Both the position numbers and the translations under genes were made by a program. Shown here piece after piece: positions 30,665-39,257 of a stretch of 64,000 nt of DNA. The stretch's first letter is position 1. Each line of letters opens with the position of its first letter. The DNA is taken from positions 1 to 64,000 of IMG/VR virus record IMGVR_UViG_3300010885_076238. One strand, written 5' to 3'. The notes under the pieces are model-generated. The model ran no database searches. It was not told the DNA's origin and was given only the letters and a program-made list of their open reading frames with translations.

Positions 30665-31512
30665 TTCCACACCTAGTCATAATGCTTAGTCCTAAAAAAC
30701 CAAACATGCAAATAAATGCCAAGTTTTGTATCGAATCAATCCGAAGGTTTTCAGGTTTTGAAAATTTTTATACCACATTGGTTGTGCCTGATCATGAGAA
30801 AGATCATTTGGATTCTTGGTTTTATAAAAAAAAGTGCGAGGTATATGCATATAAATATAATAATAATTTTCATTGTCCTTGGAATTTTGGTCCAAGATGG
30901 TATATAGAGCCTAAATCTGAATTTTATTTGGCATTGGATGCTGATGTTATTTGTCTTAATACAATTGCATCGATTCAAAAATTAATAAAAAATAAATCTT
31001 TTAATGCCGTTTCAGCTGTTTCTTGCCCATTTGATTTGAATCCTTTTGACATGTGGAGAAAATTATTCGAAGCAGCAGGATTGATTTTTCCTAATAAAAC
31101 ATATTCATACAGAGAAAAAAGAAGTATAAAAAATAAAAGTATTGATGATTATTCTCCTTTTTACCCAAATTGTGGAGTTCTATTATTAAATTCTTGTTTA
31201 TTAAAAGATATTAAGAAGGCATGTCCAGAAATTGTTAAAATTGTTGATAGGTTTTGTAGGAAAAATTATTATTTCCCACAGATAGTAAGTTCTTTGTTAA
31301 TATATTATTGTAATTTTGAAATTAATGAGTTAGAGTCTAATTGGAATTCGCTCGAAACTTTCGACAATCACAGCCCAGAAGTAATTTTTTATCATCACAA
31401 TCGATTTTCAATTTTTGAAAAAATAAAAAATGCACATAACTCAAATTTAGATTTAACCAAAAAACTAGATTCTATAAAAACTTCTATAGAAAAAAAGTTC
31501 AAGTTATTGTAG
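30661..31512 (+). CDS. GT8-like glycosyltransferase
   Basis: YLALDADVIC, YPNCGVLL, NWN, YHH. Confidence 0.7.
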   Translation: MIPHLVIMLSPKKPNMQINAKFCIESIRRFSGFENFYTTLVVPDHEKDHLDSWFYKKKCEVYAYKYNNNFHCPWNFGPRWYIEPKSEFYLALDADVICLNTIASIQKLIKNKSFNAVSAVSCPFDLNPFDMWRKLFEAAGLIFPNKTYSYREKRSIKNKSIDDYSPFYPNCGVLLLNSCLLKDIKKACPEIVKIVDRFCRKNYYFPQIVSSLLIYYCNFEINELESNWNSLETFDNHSPEVIFYHHNRFSIFEKIKNAHNSNLDLTKKLDSIKTSIEKKFKLL

Positions 31513-31521
31513 AATTTGATT

Positions 31522-32157
31522 ATGAAACTTATTATTTTTGGAACCAATGAAATTTCTTGTTTGGCCAAATTTTATTTCGAAAATGATAGTCAATTTAGTT
31601 GTTTTTCTTATTGTTTGGACTCTGGGTTTATAAAGGAAAATAGTCTAGAGGGACTACCAATTATTTCTTTTGAAGAAATAGATGTAAAAAAATATCCAAT
31701 TGAAGAGTATTTATTTTTTGTGCCTCTTTATGAAAACAAATTGAGAGATTTGAAAACAAAACAGGTCTTATCTAAAGGGTATGGTTTAGCATCATATATT
31801 TCTTCAAAAGCAACGGTTTTTTCAAAAAAAATTGGTTCTAATTGTTTTATAATGGAAAATAATGTAATTCAACCATATGTTGAAATAGGAGATAACAACA
31901 TATTTTGGAGTGGTAATCATATTGGTCATCATAGTATTATAAAAAATAATGTATTCTTTTCTTCTCATGTTGTTTTATCAGGAAAATGTTTGGTTGAAGA
32001 TTATTGTTGGTTCGGAGTCAACAGTTGCATAAGAGATAGACTAGAAATAGCAGAGGGTTCTTTTATATCAATGGGATCTGTTATTACAAAAAGCACAAAA
32101 CCTTACAAAAAGTATTCAGGCAACCCAGCCAAGGAATATGGCGATGTTGTTTCATAA
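31522..32157 (+). CDS. Hexapeptide-repeat sugar acetyltransferase
   Basis: IGSNCFI, IGDNNIFW, IGHHSII, GNPAK. Confidence 0.9.
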   Translation: MKLIIFGTNEISCLAKFYFENDSQFSCFSYCLDSGFIKENSLEGLPIISFEEIDVKKYPIEEYLFFVPLYENKLRDLKTKQVLSKGYGLASYISSKATVFSKKIGSNCFIMENNVIQPYVEIGDNNIFWSGNHIGHHSIIKNNVFFSSHVVLSGKCLVEDYCWFGVNSCIRDRLEIAEGSFISMGSVITKSTKPYKKYSGNPAKEYGDVVS

Positions 32158-32923
32158 ATTAGGGCTAGTTTTTTCTGACCAAGCTCAACTTCCAACATTA
32201 GAAGACCGAAACGAAATCATCAGAGTTTATTATTCGTACAGAATAAATAAACAAAGTCACATAAATTATTTTGAAATACTTAAAAAAAATTTAAAATTAA
32301 AATACAAAAATAAAAGACCAGTTTTTTCTCCTGGTCATACGGGTTGTTTTGATGACGTGGGAGTTATGCCTTCCTGCCTAGTTGGAGGAAGACTATATTA
32401 TACAGGTTGGAATTTGCGCGGAACTGTTCCGTACGGCCACTCAATAGGTTTTGCTATTTTCAATGAAAAAAAAAATAAATTCGAAAGAATTCAAAAAGGT
32501 CCGGTTTTGGACAGAGGTAGAAAAGTTCCTTATTTAGCAAATTCTCCTTTTGTAATTGGCAATAAAATGTGGTTTTGTAATGGAACCGGTTGGGATGGAA
32601 ATTTTGCAAAATATACTATATGGGAAGCAGAAAATAACAATGAAGATTGGATTGTAAAAAAACAATTATTCGGCAAATTAAATGAGGCTTGTTCAAGAGC
32701 CTGCTATTCTGAAATTGGATTTTTATTTGCAAAAAAAACAAAAAAAACTCAATATGAAATATTTTTATATAAAAAAAATAAAATTAAAAAAATTATAAGA
32801 AAATCTTCAAAAGACGACTGGGACTCTGAGATGACATGCTATCCTTATTTTTTTAAGGATATGATTTTTTATAATGGCAATGGATACGGAAAGTCTGGCG
32901 TTGGTGTGGTTAGGCTAGAATGA
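32138..32923 (+). CDS. Five-bladed beta-propeller glycoside-hydrolase-like protein
   Basis: FDDVGVMPSC, LYYTGWN, CYPY, FYNGNGYGKSG. Confidence 0.65.
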   Translation: MAMLFHKLGLVFSDQAQLPTLEDRNEIIRVYYSYRINKQSHINYFEILKKNLKLKYKNKRPVFSPGHTGCFDDVGVMPSCLVGGRLYYTGWNLRGTVPYGHSIGFAIFNEKKNKFERIQKGPVLDRGRKVPYLANSPFVIGNKMWFCNGTGWDGNFAKYTIWEAENNNEDWIVKKQLFGKLNEACSRACYSEIGFLFAKKTKKTQYEIFLYKKNKIKKIIRKSSKDDWDSEMTCYPYFFKDMIFYNGNGYGKSGVGVVRLE

Positions 32924-33796
32924 TTTTTTTATATGTTTTATATATTCTGCTATGCCTTCCTTGATTGTGTATTTAGGCTCCCATCCTAATTCTTTTTTTG
33001 ATTTTGATATGTCACATTTTGTGTCTATTTGATATTTTTTTGAAAAACAGCAATTAATATATTTAGGCTCTAATTTTGTTTTTAAGTTTGTATTTATAAT
33101 TTTAATTAATTCCAAAAAACTCACAGAATTACCAGACCCAATATTAAAAATTCCGCTTTTATTGTATTTTAGGCATTTTAGATTTGCTTCCACAACATCT
33201 TCAACAAAACACCAGTCTCTTTTCTGTTTTCCAAATTTGAATATCTTAGGATTTTTATTTTCCATCATTTGTTTGATTATTTGAAATATCATGCTTGATC
33301 TTTTTTCTTTTATTTGTTCGTAAGGCCCATACACATTGCAATATCTTAGTCCTATTATGCTAATGTTATTTTTTTTTGCAAAATCTTCTGCAAATTCGTC
33401 AAACGCCAGTTTTGATTCGGCATACAAATTTAGAGGATTTGTTTTTGTTTTTTCACTAAATGGAGCTGGGCTGTTACCATAAACAGCGGTAGAAGATGCA
33501 TAAATAAATTTTTTACATCCATTTTCTAATAATTCATTAAATAGATTTATGGGTTCATGTAAATTTGCCCTAAACATTTCTTTTGAATTTGTACATGTTG
33601 TATCATTGTTTGCTGCCATATGAAAACATACATCTTGTTTTTTTAAATTTTTAATATTATTTATAAAATAAGTTTTTTTAAAAATTGGATTTTCTTTTGT
33701 TTTTCCTGTAATAGAGATTGTATGTTTTTGTTTTATTATTTTTTTAATTAAATTAAATCCTATAAAACCAGTTGCACCAGTGACTAAAATATTCAT
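32915..33796 (-). CDS. NAD-dependent epimerase/dehydratase (HldD/RfaD-like)
   Basis: VTGATGFIG, YASSTAVYG, PLNLYAESK, RYCNVYGP, RDWCFVEDVV. Confidence 0.88.
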   Translation of the reverse strand: MNILVTGATGFIGFNLIKKIIKQKHTISITGKTKENPIFKKTYFINNIKNLKKQDVCFHMAANNDTTCTNSKEMFRANLHEPINLFNELLENGCKKFIYASSTAVYGNSPAPFSEKTKTNPLNLYAESKLAFDEFAEDFAKKNNISIIGLRYCNVYGPYEQIKEKRSSMIFQIIKQMMENKNPKIFKFGKQKRDWCFVEDVVEANLKCLKYNKSGIFNIGSGNSVSFLELIKIINTNLKTKLEPKYINCCFSKKYQIDTKCDISKSKKELGWEPKYTIKEGIAEYIKHIKKSF

Positions 33797-33827
33797 ATTT
33801 TAATATTAGTTATACTATTTTATAAAT

Positions 33828-34628
33828 ATGTCAAACACCAAAACAGCAAAGCCACTATCTTTTGTTCCTTTTTCAAAGTCCAGAGTAGATATAATAATAC
33901 CTTTTCATGGTCAATATGAAAAGGTAGTCTCCCTCGTTCAGAGTATAATATTTTCTGTAAAAAGCAATCCTTATCAAATTACTTTAGTAGACGATCACTC
34001 AGAAAATGAAACTTTCCACAAAGAGTTGGCAGATCAATTTAAGAAAACAACCCCAGAAGGCTATAGACATCAAGTTGTTTGCATTAGAAACAAAAAACAA
34101 CTTGGTTTTGGTGGCTCTTTAAGAGTGGGATATGAAAATACAAATTTGCCTTGGGTTTTGTTTTTGCATTCTGATTGTTTGGTGGAAGATCCCAACTTTA
34201 TGATTGAAATGGGCCAGTCGCTATTAGATTGGAAAGAACAGAACGTTCCTGTGAAATTTGTTTCTGCAAGATCAAATAATCCTGGTGATCTACTAAAAGC
34301 AAAAGCAAAAAGCCATGAGAAAGAAAATAAAAATATAGTTTTAGAAGAAAATGAAACATTGCCTCTTTTTTGTGCAATGTGTCATAGAGAATTGTTTGAA
34401 AGAATTGGAGGTTTTATAAAAGAATATCCGTATGCTTGGTATGAAGATGAAGAATTAGCACATAGAATGAGAAAATACGGATACAAACAAGGAGTATCAA
34501 CTAAATCTTGGATTTATCACGAAGGCGGTTCTACAATAAAATATCTTTGGGATAAAAATAAAAAAGCAAAAGAAATTATGGACAACAACAGAGAATTGTG
34601 CTTGAGCGACATAAAGTCAATTAAATGA
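33828..34628 (+). CDS. GT2 glycosyltransferase
   Basis: DIIIPF, LVDDHS, FLHSD, WYEDEE, YHEGG. Confidence 0.85.
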   Translation: MSNTKTAKPLSFVPFSKSRVDIIIPFHGQYEKVVSLVQSIIFSVKSNPYQITLVDDHSENETFHKELADQFKKTTPEGYRHQVVCIRNKKQLGFGGSLRVGYENTNLPWVLFLHSDCLVEDPNFMIEMGQSLLDWKEQNVPVKFVSARSNNPGDLLKAKAKSHEKENKNIVLEENETLPLFCAMCHRELFERIGGFIKEYPYAWYEDEELAHRMRKYGYKQGVSTKSWIYHEGGSTIKYLWDKNKKAKEIMDNNRELCLSDIKSIK

Positions 34629-34705
34629 TATGGAATTATTTTTTTCCATAGTTCAAATATAAGCATTTGAACAATGAATAAATAAGGTTGAACAAATTTG
34701 TTCAA
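34629..34705. promoter_or_regulatory. Three consecutive inverted repeats, including the perfect palindrome TTGAACAAATTTGTTCAA
   Basis: TATGGAA/TTCCATA (34629-34650), GTTCAAAT/ATTTGAAC (34651-34672), 18-bp palindrome (34688-34705). Confidence 0.6.
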
Positions 34706-34726
34706 ATTAACAAGGAGGAAACATAT

Positions 34727-34948
34727 ATGTATTGTCGCAGACCAGATGGTGTATTGATAAATTTCGATTCAGTAAAATACAAACGTTGTTCAAACGGTCT
34801 AACCAACGCAGCTGGACAAAAGTCAGCTAAATGCGGTGGTTGGAAATATTTTTATGCTAATTGCCCAAAAACCAATTTTATGTGCTCCGCTCTTTCTGGA
34901 GCTTGGGTTTCGGCCATAACCGTATGCCGTCAGCAACTTTATAGCTGA
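34727..34948 (+). CDS. 73-aa Cys-rich protein (6 Cys)
   Basis: Strong AAGGAGG SD before ATG 34727; followed by a terminator hairpin. Confidence 0.6.
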   Translation: MYCRRPDGVLINFDSVKYKRCSNGLTNAAGQKSAKCGGWKYFYANCPKTNFMCSALSGAWVSAITVCRQQLYS

Positions 34949-34962
34949 TCTTTCGGTCTCAT

Positions 34963-35007
34963 AAATAAATCCTTGTAAATTAATTTTTATGAGGATTTAT
35001 TTTTTTA
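34963..35007 (+). terminator. Intrinsic terminator-like hairpin
   Basis: AAATAAATCCT/AGGATTTATTT arms plus T tract. Confidence 0.6.
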
Positions 35008-35032
35008 ATTTATGAAACCAGCACGCAAATCA

Positions 35033-35060
35033 TTGACAACAAAAAAAATTCATGTATATT
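35033..35060 (+). promoter_or_regulatory. Sigma70-like promoter, 16-bp spacer
   Basis: TTGACA-N16-TATATT upstream of csrA copy 1. Confidence 0.65.
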
Positions 35061-35103
35061 GTTGTTGCTGTCTAATTTGTTCTCAAGAAAGGAATCTTTT
35101 ACA

Positions 35104-35286
35104 ATGCTTGTTCTTTCAAGGAAGATTGACGAATCTATATTAATTTCTAACAATATCGAATTGATAATTGTTGATATCATTGGAGATAAAGTTAAAATTG
35201 GAATCAATGCTCCGAAAGATGTTAGAATTCTAAGATCTGAAATCTATGAAAAATTGTGCAAAAAAAATATTGTGCAAAAAAAATAA
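35104..35286 (+). CDS. csrA: Carbon storage regulator CsrA (copy 1)
   Basis: MLVLSRKIDESILI...VKIGINAPKDVRILRSEI. Confidence 0.93.
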   Translation: MLVLSRKIDESILISNNIELIIVDIIGDKVKIGINAPKDVRILRSEIYEKLCKKNIVQKK

Positions 35287-35290
35287 TTTT

Positions 35291-35318
35291 TAAAGTATTT
35301 TTTTTACATGGTCGATAA
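35291..35318 (+). promoter_or_regulatory. Candidate sigma28-type promoter
   Basis: TAAAGTAT...GTCGATAA; 16 nt between TAAA and the -10. Confidence 0.35.
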
Positions 35319-35459
35319 CAGTACTACTTGGTTTATATCCAAGTTTTTTACTAATTTTTTAATTTTAGCTAATATTTCTTTAGATTCGCTAATTCTTTTC
35401 GGCAAAAATTTTGTCGGAAATTATCTTAATTTTAATCATTAATTAAATATTTTATTCAC

Positions 35460-35487
35460 TTTACTCCTTGAGTATTCGGCCTATAAT
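35460..35487 (+). promoter_or_regulatory. Sigma70-like promoter, 16-bp spacer
   Basis: TTTACT-N16-TATAAT. Confidence 0.65.
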
Positions 35488-35512
35488 CGTCTTAAACTGA
35501 ATGGAGTTGATT

Positions 35513-36151
35513 ATGAAAATTTTATTCCCGCCTCATCCAAACGTAAGAATTCCATCTCACAAATTAAGTGAGTATGAAAAAACTGGAAATTGGATTGCAC
35601 AAAGAAAATTCAACGGAACTAACGTTGTAATTTATGTGTCTTTAGATAGAAAAATTCATATTCTGACGAGACATGGAACTCCCCCTAAATTATTTTCTTT
35701 GAGCAAATCACACACAGATCAAATTTTGTCTCTAAATTTAGAGCAAGGAAAAGATTATTGGTTAAATGGAGAACTTCTGGATCATAAGACAAAAAATCCT
35801 GAATATAAGAAAAAAATCGTTTTATTCGATGTTCTTCATGCAGGAAGGTATTTGATCAAAAATCCCAATCAAGAAAAAAGATTGGAAATATTAAATGACA
35901 TTTGTAAAAATCCTACAAAATTAGAAAAAAATGGTTTGGCTTTAGAAATATCTGATGATATTTGGTTGGCAAATTCTTGGAAAAATGATTTTGAATTTCA
36001 TTATAAAGAGTATTTAGATCGAGATGAAATTGAAGGATTAGTTTTGAGGAAATTAAATTCATTTATAGATAATTTTGGACAAAAAGAACATGATGTTTCT
36101 TGGATCGTTAAGTGCCGAAAGCCCCACGCTGGAGGCAACTACAATTTTTGA
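35513..36151 (+). CDS. ATP-dependent ligase-type nucleotidyltransferase, adenylation domain only
   Basis: Motifs I QRKFNG, III LNGEL, IIIa VLFDV, IV EGLVLR, V WIVKCR; no OB-fold; GGAG SD before 35513. Confidence 0.8.
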   Translation: MKILFPPHPNVRIPSHKLSEYEKTGNWIAQRKFNGTNVVIYVSLDRKIHILTRHGTPPKLFSLSKSHTDQILSLNLEQGKDYWLNGELLDHKTKNPEYKKKIVLFDVLHAGRYLIKNPNQEKRLEILNDICKNPTKLEKNGLALEISDDIWLANSWKNDFEFHYKEYLDRDEIEGLVLRKLNSFIDNFGQKEHDVSWIVKCRKPHAGGNYNF

Positions 36152-36159
36152 TCTTCCTC

Positions 36160-36187
36160 TTGACAAGTACTTTTTTCTGTTTTATAC
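36160..36187 (+). promoter_or_regulatory. Sigma70-like promoter, 16-bp spacer
   Basis: TTGACA-N16-TATACT. Confidence 0.7.
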
Positions 36188-36307
36188 TAATGCCCAACAT
36201 TTTGGGGGTCTCTTACTCATTGGAGATTTGTTTTCTTAGAACTCTTTTTCTTCAAGAGTATAGCATAGTATATCGTCGCCTTTCCCTTTATTCACGGATG
36301 GATAAAC

Positions 36308-36907
36308 ATGAAAATAAAAATTGGTTTAAAGCAGAAGACGGTTCAGTCAGTTGAAATCGCAGAAAAAATAAGCATCAAACCCAAGGAAATTTCTTGTGGG
36401 GTTGATGAACAAAAAAAATCTATTTCAAATGAATTAAATAATTCTGATATTGAAGAGCATATCAGACAATATTTCTTAACTCCCTTAAAAGAATTGATCA
36501 AAAATGAAGGAGTTAGCAATGGCTACTTAATTGCCAACGTGGAGGCTTTAGGTGTTATCAAAAAAATTATAAAATCCATACTAAAACAGAAGAAAATTTC
36601 AGTTATAGAAATTTTAGAAAAGGCCGCATTCGAAGAATATGGAGAATATAAAGAATCTGATGAGCCTGGAGAATATGAATCAGAAGAAGAATCTGTGGAA
36701 TATGAGTCCGAGGAATCTGACGAAGATGAGTCTGAAGCATCTGTAGAATCTTCTATTGTTCAAAAAGCCGTACTTGTCACCGAAGAGGAAGAAGAGGAAG
36801 AGGAAGAAGAGGAAGAAGAGGAAGAGGAAATTGACGAGTACGACTTGGAAGAGGCGAGAGAATGCGATTCATACTGTTTTAATGAAGATGAAAGTATGGA
36901 CGGATGA
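36308..36907 (+). CDS. Hypothetical protein with highly acidic C-terminus
   Basis: C-terminal ~90 aa dominated by E/D, including a poly-Glu run; ATGA overlap with tilS. Confidence 0.7.
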   Translation: MKIKIGLKQKTVQSVEIAEKISIKPKEISCGVDEQKKSISNELNNSDIEEHIRQYFLTPLKELIKNEGVSNGYLIANVEALGVIKKIIKSILKQKKISVIEILEKAAFEEYGEYKESDEPGEYESEEESVEYESEESDEDESEASVESSIVQKAVLVTEEEEEEEEEEEEEEEEIDEYDLEEARECDSYCFNEDESMDG

Positions 36908-37542
36908 TCAAAATAATTAAGGAAATTTTACCTAAAGATAAAAAATATTATTTTGCTGTTTCTATGGGGGTTGATAGTGTAGCTGCATATCTCTTTTTGA
37001 GGTCAAAAGGCTATAAGGTTACCCCTGTTCATTTTAATCATAAACTAAGAATTCAAAATGATCTGATGGAGCAGAAGTATATTGAATTATGTAAATTTAC
37101 CAATGTTGATCCAATTGTTGGACATGGCGAAAATTTAACAACAGAATCCGATTGTAGGAATGCAAGGTTGAATTTTTATAAACAATTTTGCCACAATGAA
37201 ACAATAATTACGGCTCATCATATGAACGATTGGATCGAGAGCTATTTATTAAACTGCTTCAGAGGTCAGCCAAATAACGATTGCATCGAATTAACTAGTG
37301 AATTCAAAAGCTTTAAAATAATTCATCCATTCCTTCTATCCAGAAAAAAAGATTTTGAACAGTATCTTGAACGCAACAACTATTTGTGCTATACTGTTCA
37401 AGACGAAACCAATTTCATTTGCAAAGGAAGTAGAAGAAATTGGATTCGGAAGCAGATTTTTCCTGAGATGATTAAAAATAAATTGTCTTTAGAAAAATTT
37501 GCTGAAAGAAAAATAAAAGGAGATTTAGTAGAAAGCATTTGA
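36904..37542 (+). CDS. tilS: tRNA(Ile)-lysidine synthetase, minimal catalytic domain
   Basis: AVSMGVDS PP-loop, HFNHKLR, RNAR, TAHHMND..E..L..FRG, DETN...RNWIR. Confidence 0.88.
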   Translation: MIKIIKEILPKDKKYYFAVSMGVDSVAAYLFLRSKGYKVTPVHFNHKLRIQNDLMEQKYIELCKFTNVDPIVGHGENLTTESDCRNARLNFYKQFCHNETIITAHHMNDWIESYLLNCFRGQPNNDCIELTSEFKSFKIIHPFLLSRKKDFEQYLERNNYLCYTVQDETNFICKGSRRNWIRKQIFPEMIKNKLSLEKFAERKIKGDLVESI

Positions 37543-37567
37543 ATAAGGTAGCGGAATCAAATACATT

Positions 37568-37641
37568 GGGCCATTAACTCAGCTGGTTAGAGTGTCAAAC
37601 TCATAATTTGAAAGTCCTTGGTTCGAATCCAAGATGGCCCA
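37568..37641 (+). tRNA. tRNA-Ile2 (anticodon CAT, lysidine-modified type)
   Basis: Cloverleaf: acceptor GGGCCAT/ATGGCCC, anticodon stem TCAAA/TTTGA with loop CTCATAA, GGTTCGAATCC T-arm, A73, no encoded CCA. C4:G69 and C5:G68 present; no initiator features. Confidence 0.9.
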
Positions 37642-37713
37642 CTTCAGTCACTTTTGATTCCTCTACTTTTATCAAAATGAACTTCTCTGACTTCTAATTT
37701 TTTCACTTAGATA

Positions 37714-38499
37714 TTATGTCTTGTCTACAATCCAATGCGAGTTTCGATTCATGTAATATATTTTTTCTTTACCTAAGAGATATGTGTAGTGTAGCATCCA
37801 ATATTCACTCAAATTTTTGTAATAGAAAGAAGTAGAGAAATTTGGGAAAATTATTTTTGGAATTGTATAAACATTCATGTTTAGTGGAGTAATTTTTTGA
37901 TTTATGAAATTTTGATTTCCACTATAATTCTTAATATCTTCTTTGTTATAAGAAAGAAGTTCAATAATTTTGTCTTTTTTTTCGCTATTGAAAACCATGA
38001 AGCCTGTGCAATAGTTATCGCATTTTCTCTTTTTTACCAATACGCCATCAATTAGATCGCAACACTCATCGGTGCCATTTAAATAATCTTCGCCATCTTG
38101 AAAAATAATATCAAAAGGATCGCTTTTTTTCTTCAACATATTTTTTAATATTTTATCTAACTCTTTGGTGAAGTTAAAGTTCACCCAAATATCAGTGTCT
38201 ATATAAGTTACGAAAGGATAGTTTTTACTTTCTTGCTCAATAAATTTTTTCTTTATATCCAGCTTATTGAATACTATTTCTTTATATTTTTTTGTTTCCC
38301 ACTGATGAAACTTTTCAGATAAATTTTTGTTTTCTACTAACTCACAATCAGCTCCTTCTTTTTTTAACTCTTCGTAACAAATGTTATCCGTACAAATAAA
38401 AACTAATTTCGAATCTATTTTTAATTGCTTCCATCTTTTGTAGAAATTAAAAGCAAAATATTTGTACCCATTGTTTATTATTGCGAAAAATATATTCAT
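37714..38499 (-). CDS. Nucleotide-diphospho-sugar transferase (GT77-like)
   Basis: YIDTDIW, IIFQD, CTGFM, NQ, FPN, LHY. Confidence 0.8.
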   Translation of the reverse strand: MNIFFAIINNGYKYFAFNFYKRWKQLKIDSKLVFICTDNICYEELKKEGADCELVENKNLSEKFHQWETKKYKEIVFNKLDIKKKFIEQESKNYPFVTYIDTDIWVNFNFTKELDKILKNMLKKKSDPFDIIFQDGEDYLNGTDECCDLIDGVLVKKRKCDNYCTGFMVFNSEKKDKIIELLSYNKEDIKNYSGNQNFINQKITPLNMNVYTIPKIIFPNFSTSFYYKNLSEYWMLHYTYLLGKEKIYYMNRNSHWIVDKT

Positions 38500-39257
38500 A
38501 GCACTCCCTTTGTAGGATAGTCTAAATTATTGTTTCTTATTTTATTTATCATTAACGAGAAAGAGCTTTCGTTTGACCCAATAAAATAACGACAACTTTG
38601 CAAGATAAAAAAATCAGCTATAGTGTGGATATCGCTTGTATATCTAACAACTTTTTTTCTATCATACATACCTTCAAACTTTTCTTCTCCTTTGCTTATT
38701 CTCTCGAACAATATTATTCTATCTTTGAATATTTCGATGAATTTTCTTTGAGTTTCTGCGTTATCTGTTGCTAAGAAAATTTTTTTATCATTAGTCTCTA
38801 GAAATCTTACAATAGCTCTTTGAGGAATCGGTTTATCTCTTGTCTTATCAGACATCAACAGTGCTGTCTTGCAACCCGTTCTTATGTGCAGACCGATAGT
38901 TTCTTTGATTTTAAATTTTTCAACAAAGTCTTGAAAAAAGTTCTTATATTCTTCTTTTAATTTCAAATAGCTATAGGCTTGTCTGAACAAATCTGTAGAA
39001 GAGTTACACTTAAATGTTTCCATCATTTTTTTAAACGAAGTGGTTTTTATAACATCATCCGCTTCTGTTAATTTTTCAAATTTCAAAGAAGGAAGATAGT
39101 CGAAAAATTTTAAAAATTCTACTAAGTTATGGTTGTTTACAATCCATTCTTGCGTTGCTTCGCTTGCAATTTTTTTTTCAACCAAAAGATTCGCAGCCAA
39201 TGACAGTCTTAGTTGATTTGCAAATCCATCTGGGCATTTTATATAAATTTTATTCAT
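38496..39257 (-). CDS. Fucosyltransferase-like protein (GT23/NodZ-type)
   Basis: GFANQL, IGLHIRTG, IFLATDN, DFFIL, SSFS. Confidence 0.75.
   Translation of the reverse strand: MNKIYIKCPDGFANQLRLSLAANLLVEKKIASEATQEWIVNNHNLVEFLKFFDYLPSLKFEKLTEADDVIKTTSFKKMMETFKCNSSTDLFRQAYSYLKLKEEYKNFFQDFVEKFKIKETIGLHIRTGCKTALLMSDKTRDKPIPQRAIVRFLETNDKKIFLATDNAETQRKFIEIFKDRIILFERISKGEEKFEGMYDRKKVVRYTSDIHTIADFFILQSCRYFIGSNESSFSLMINKIRNNNLDYPTKGVL

Noticed and set aside
34688-34705. Gram-positive SOS (Cheo) box
   Set aside because: Spacing is GAAC-N6-GTTC rather than N4.
36782-36828. GAGGAA repeats as a CsrA sponge
   Set aside because: They are fully explained by the poly-Glu coding frame and do not match ANGGA in hairpin loops.
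37568-37641. tRNA as initiator or elongator Met
   Set aside because: It has a G1:C72 pair and no GGG/CCC anticodon stem. C4:G69/C5:G68 and the adjacent tilS favour Ile2.
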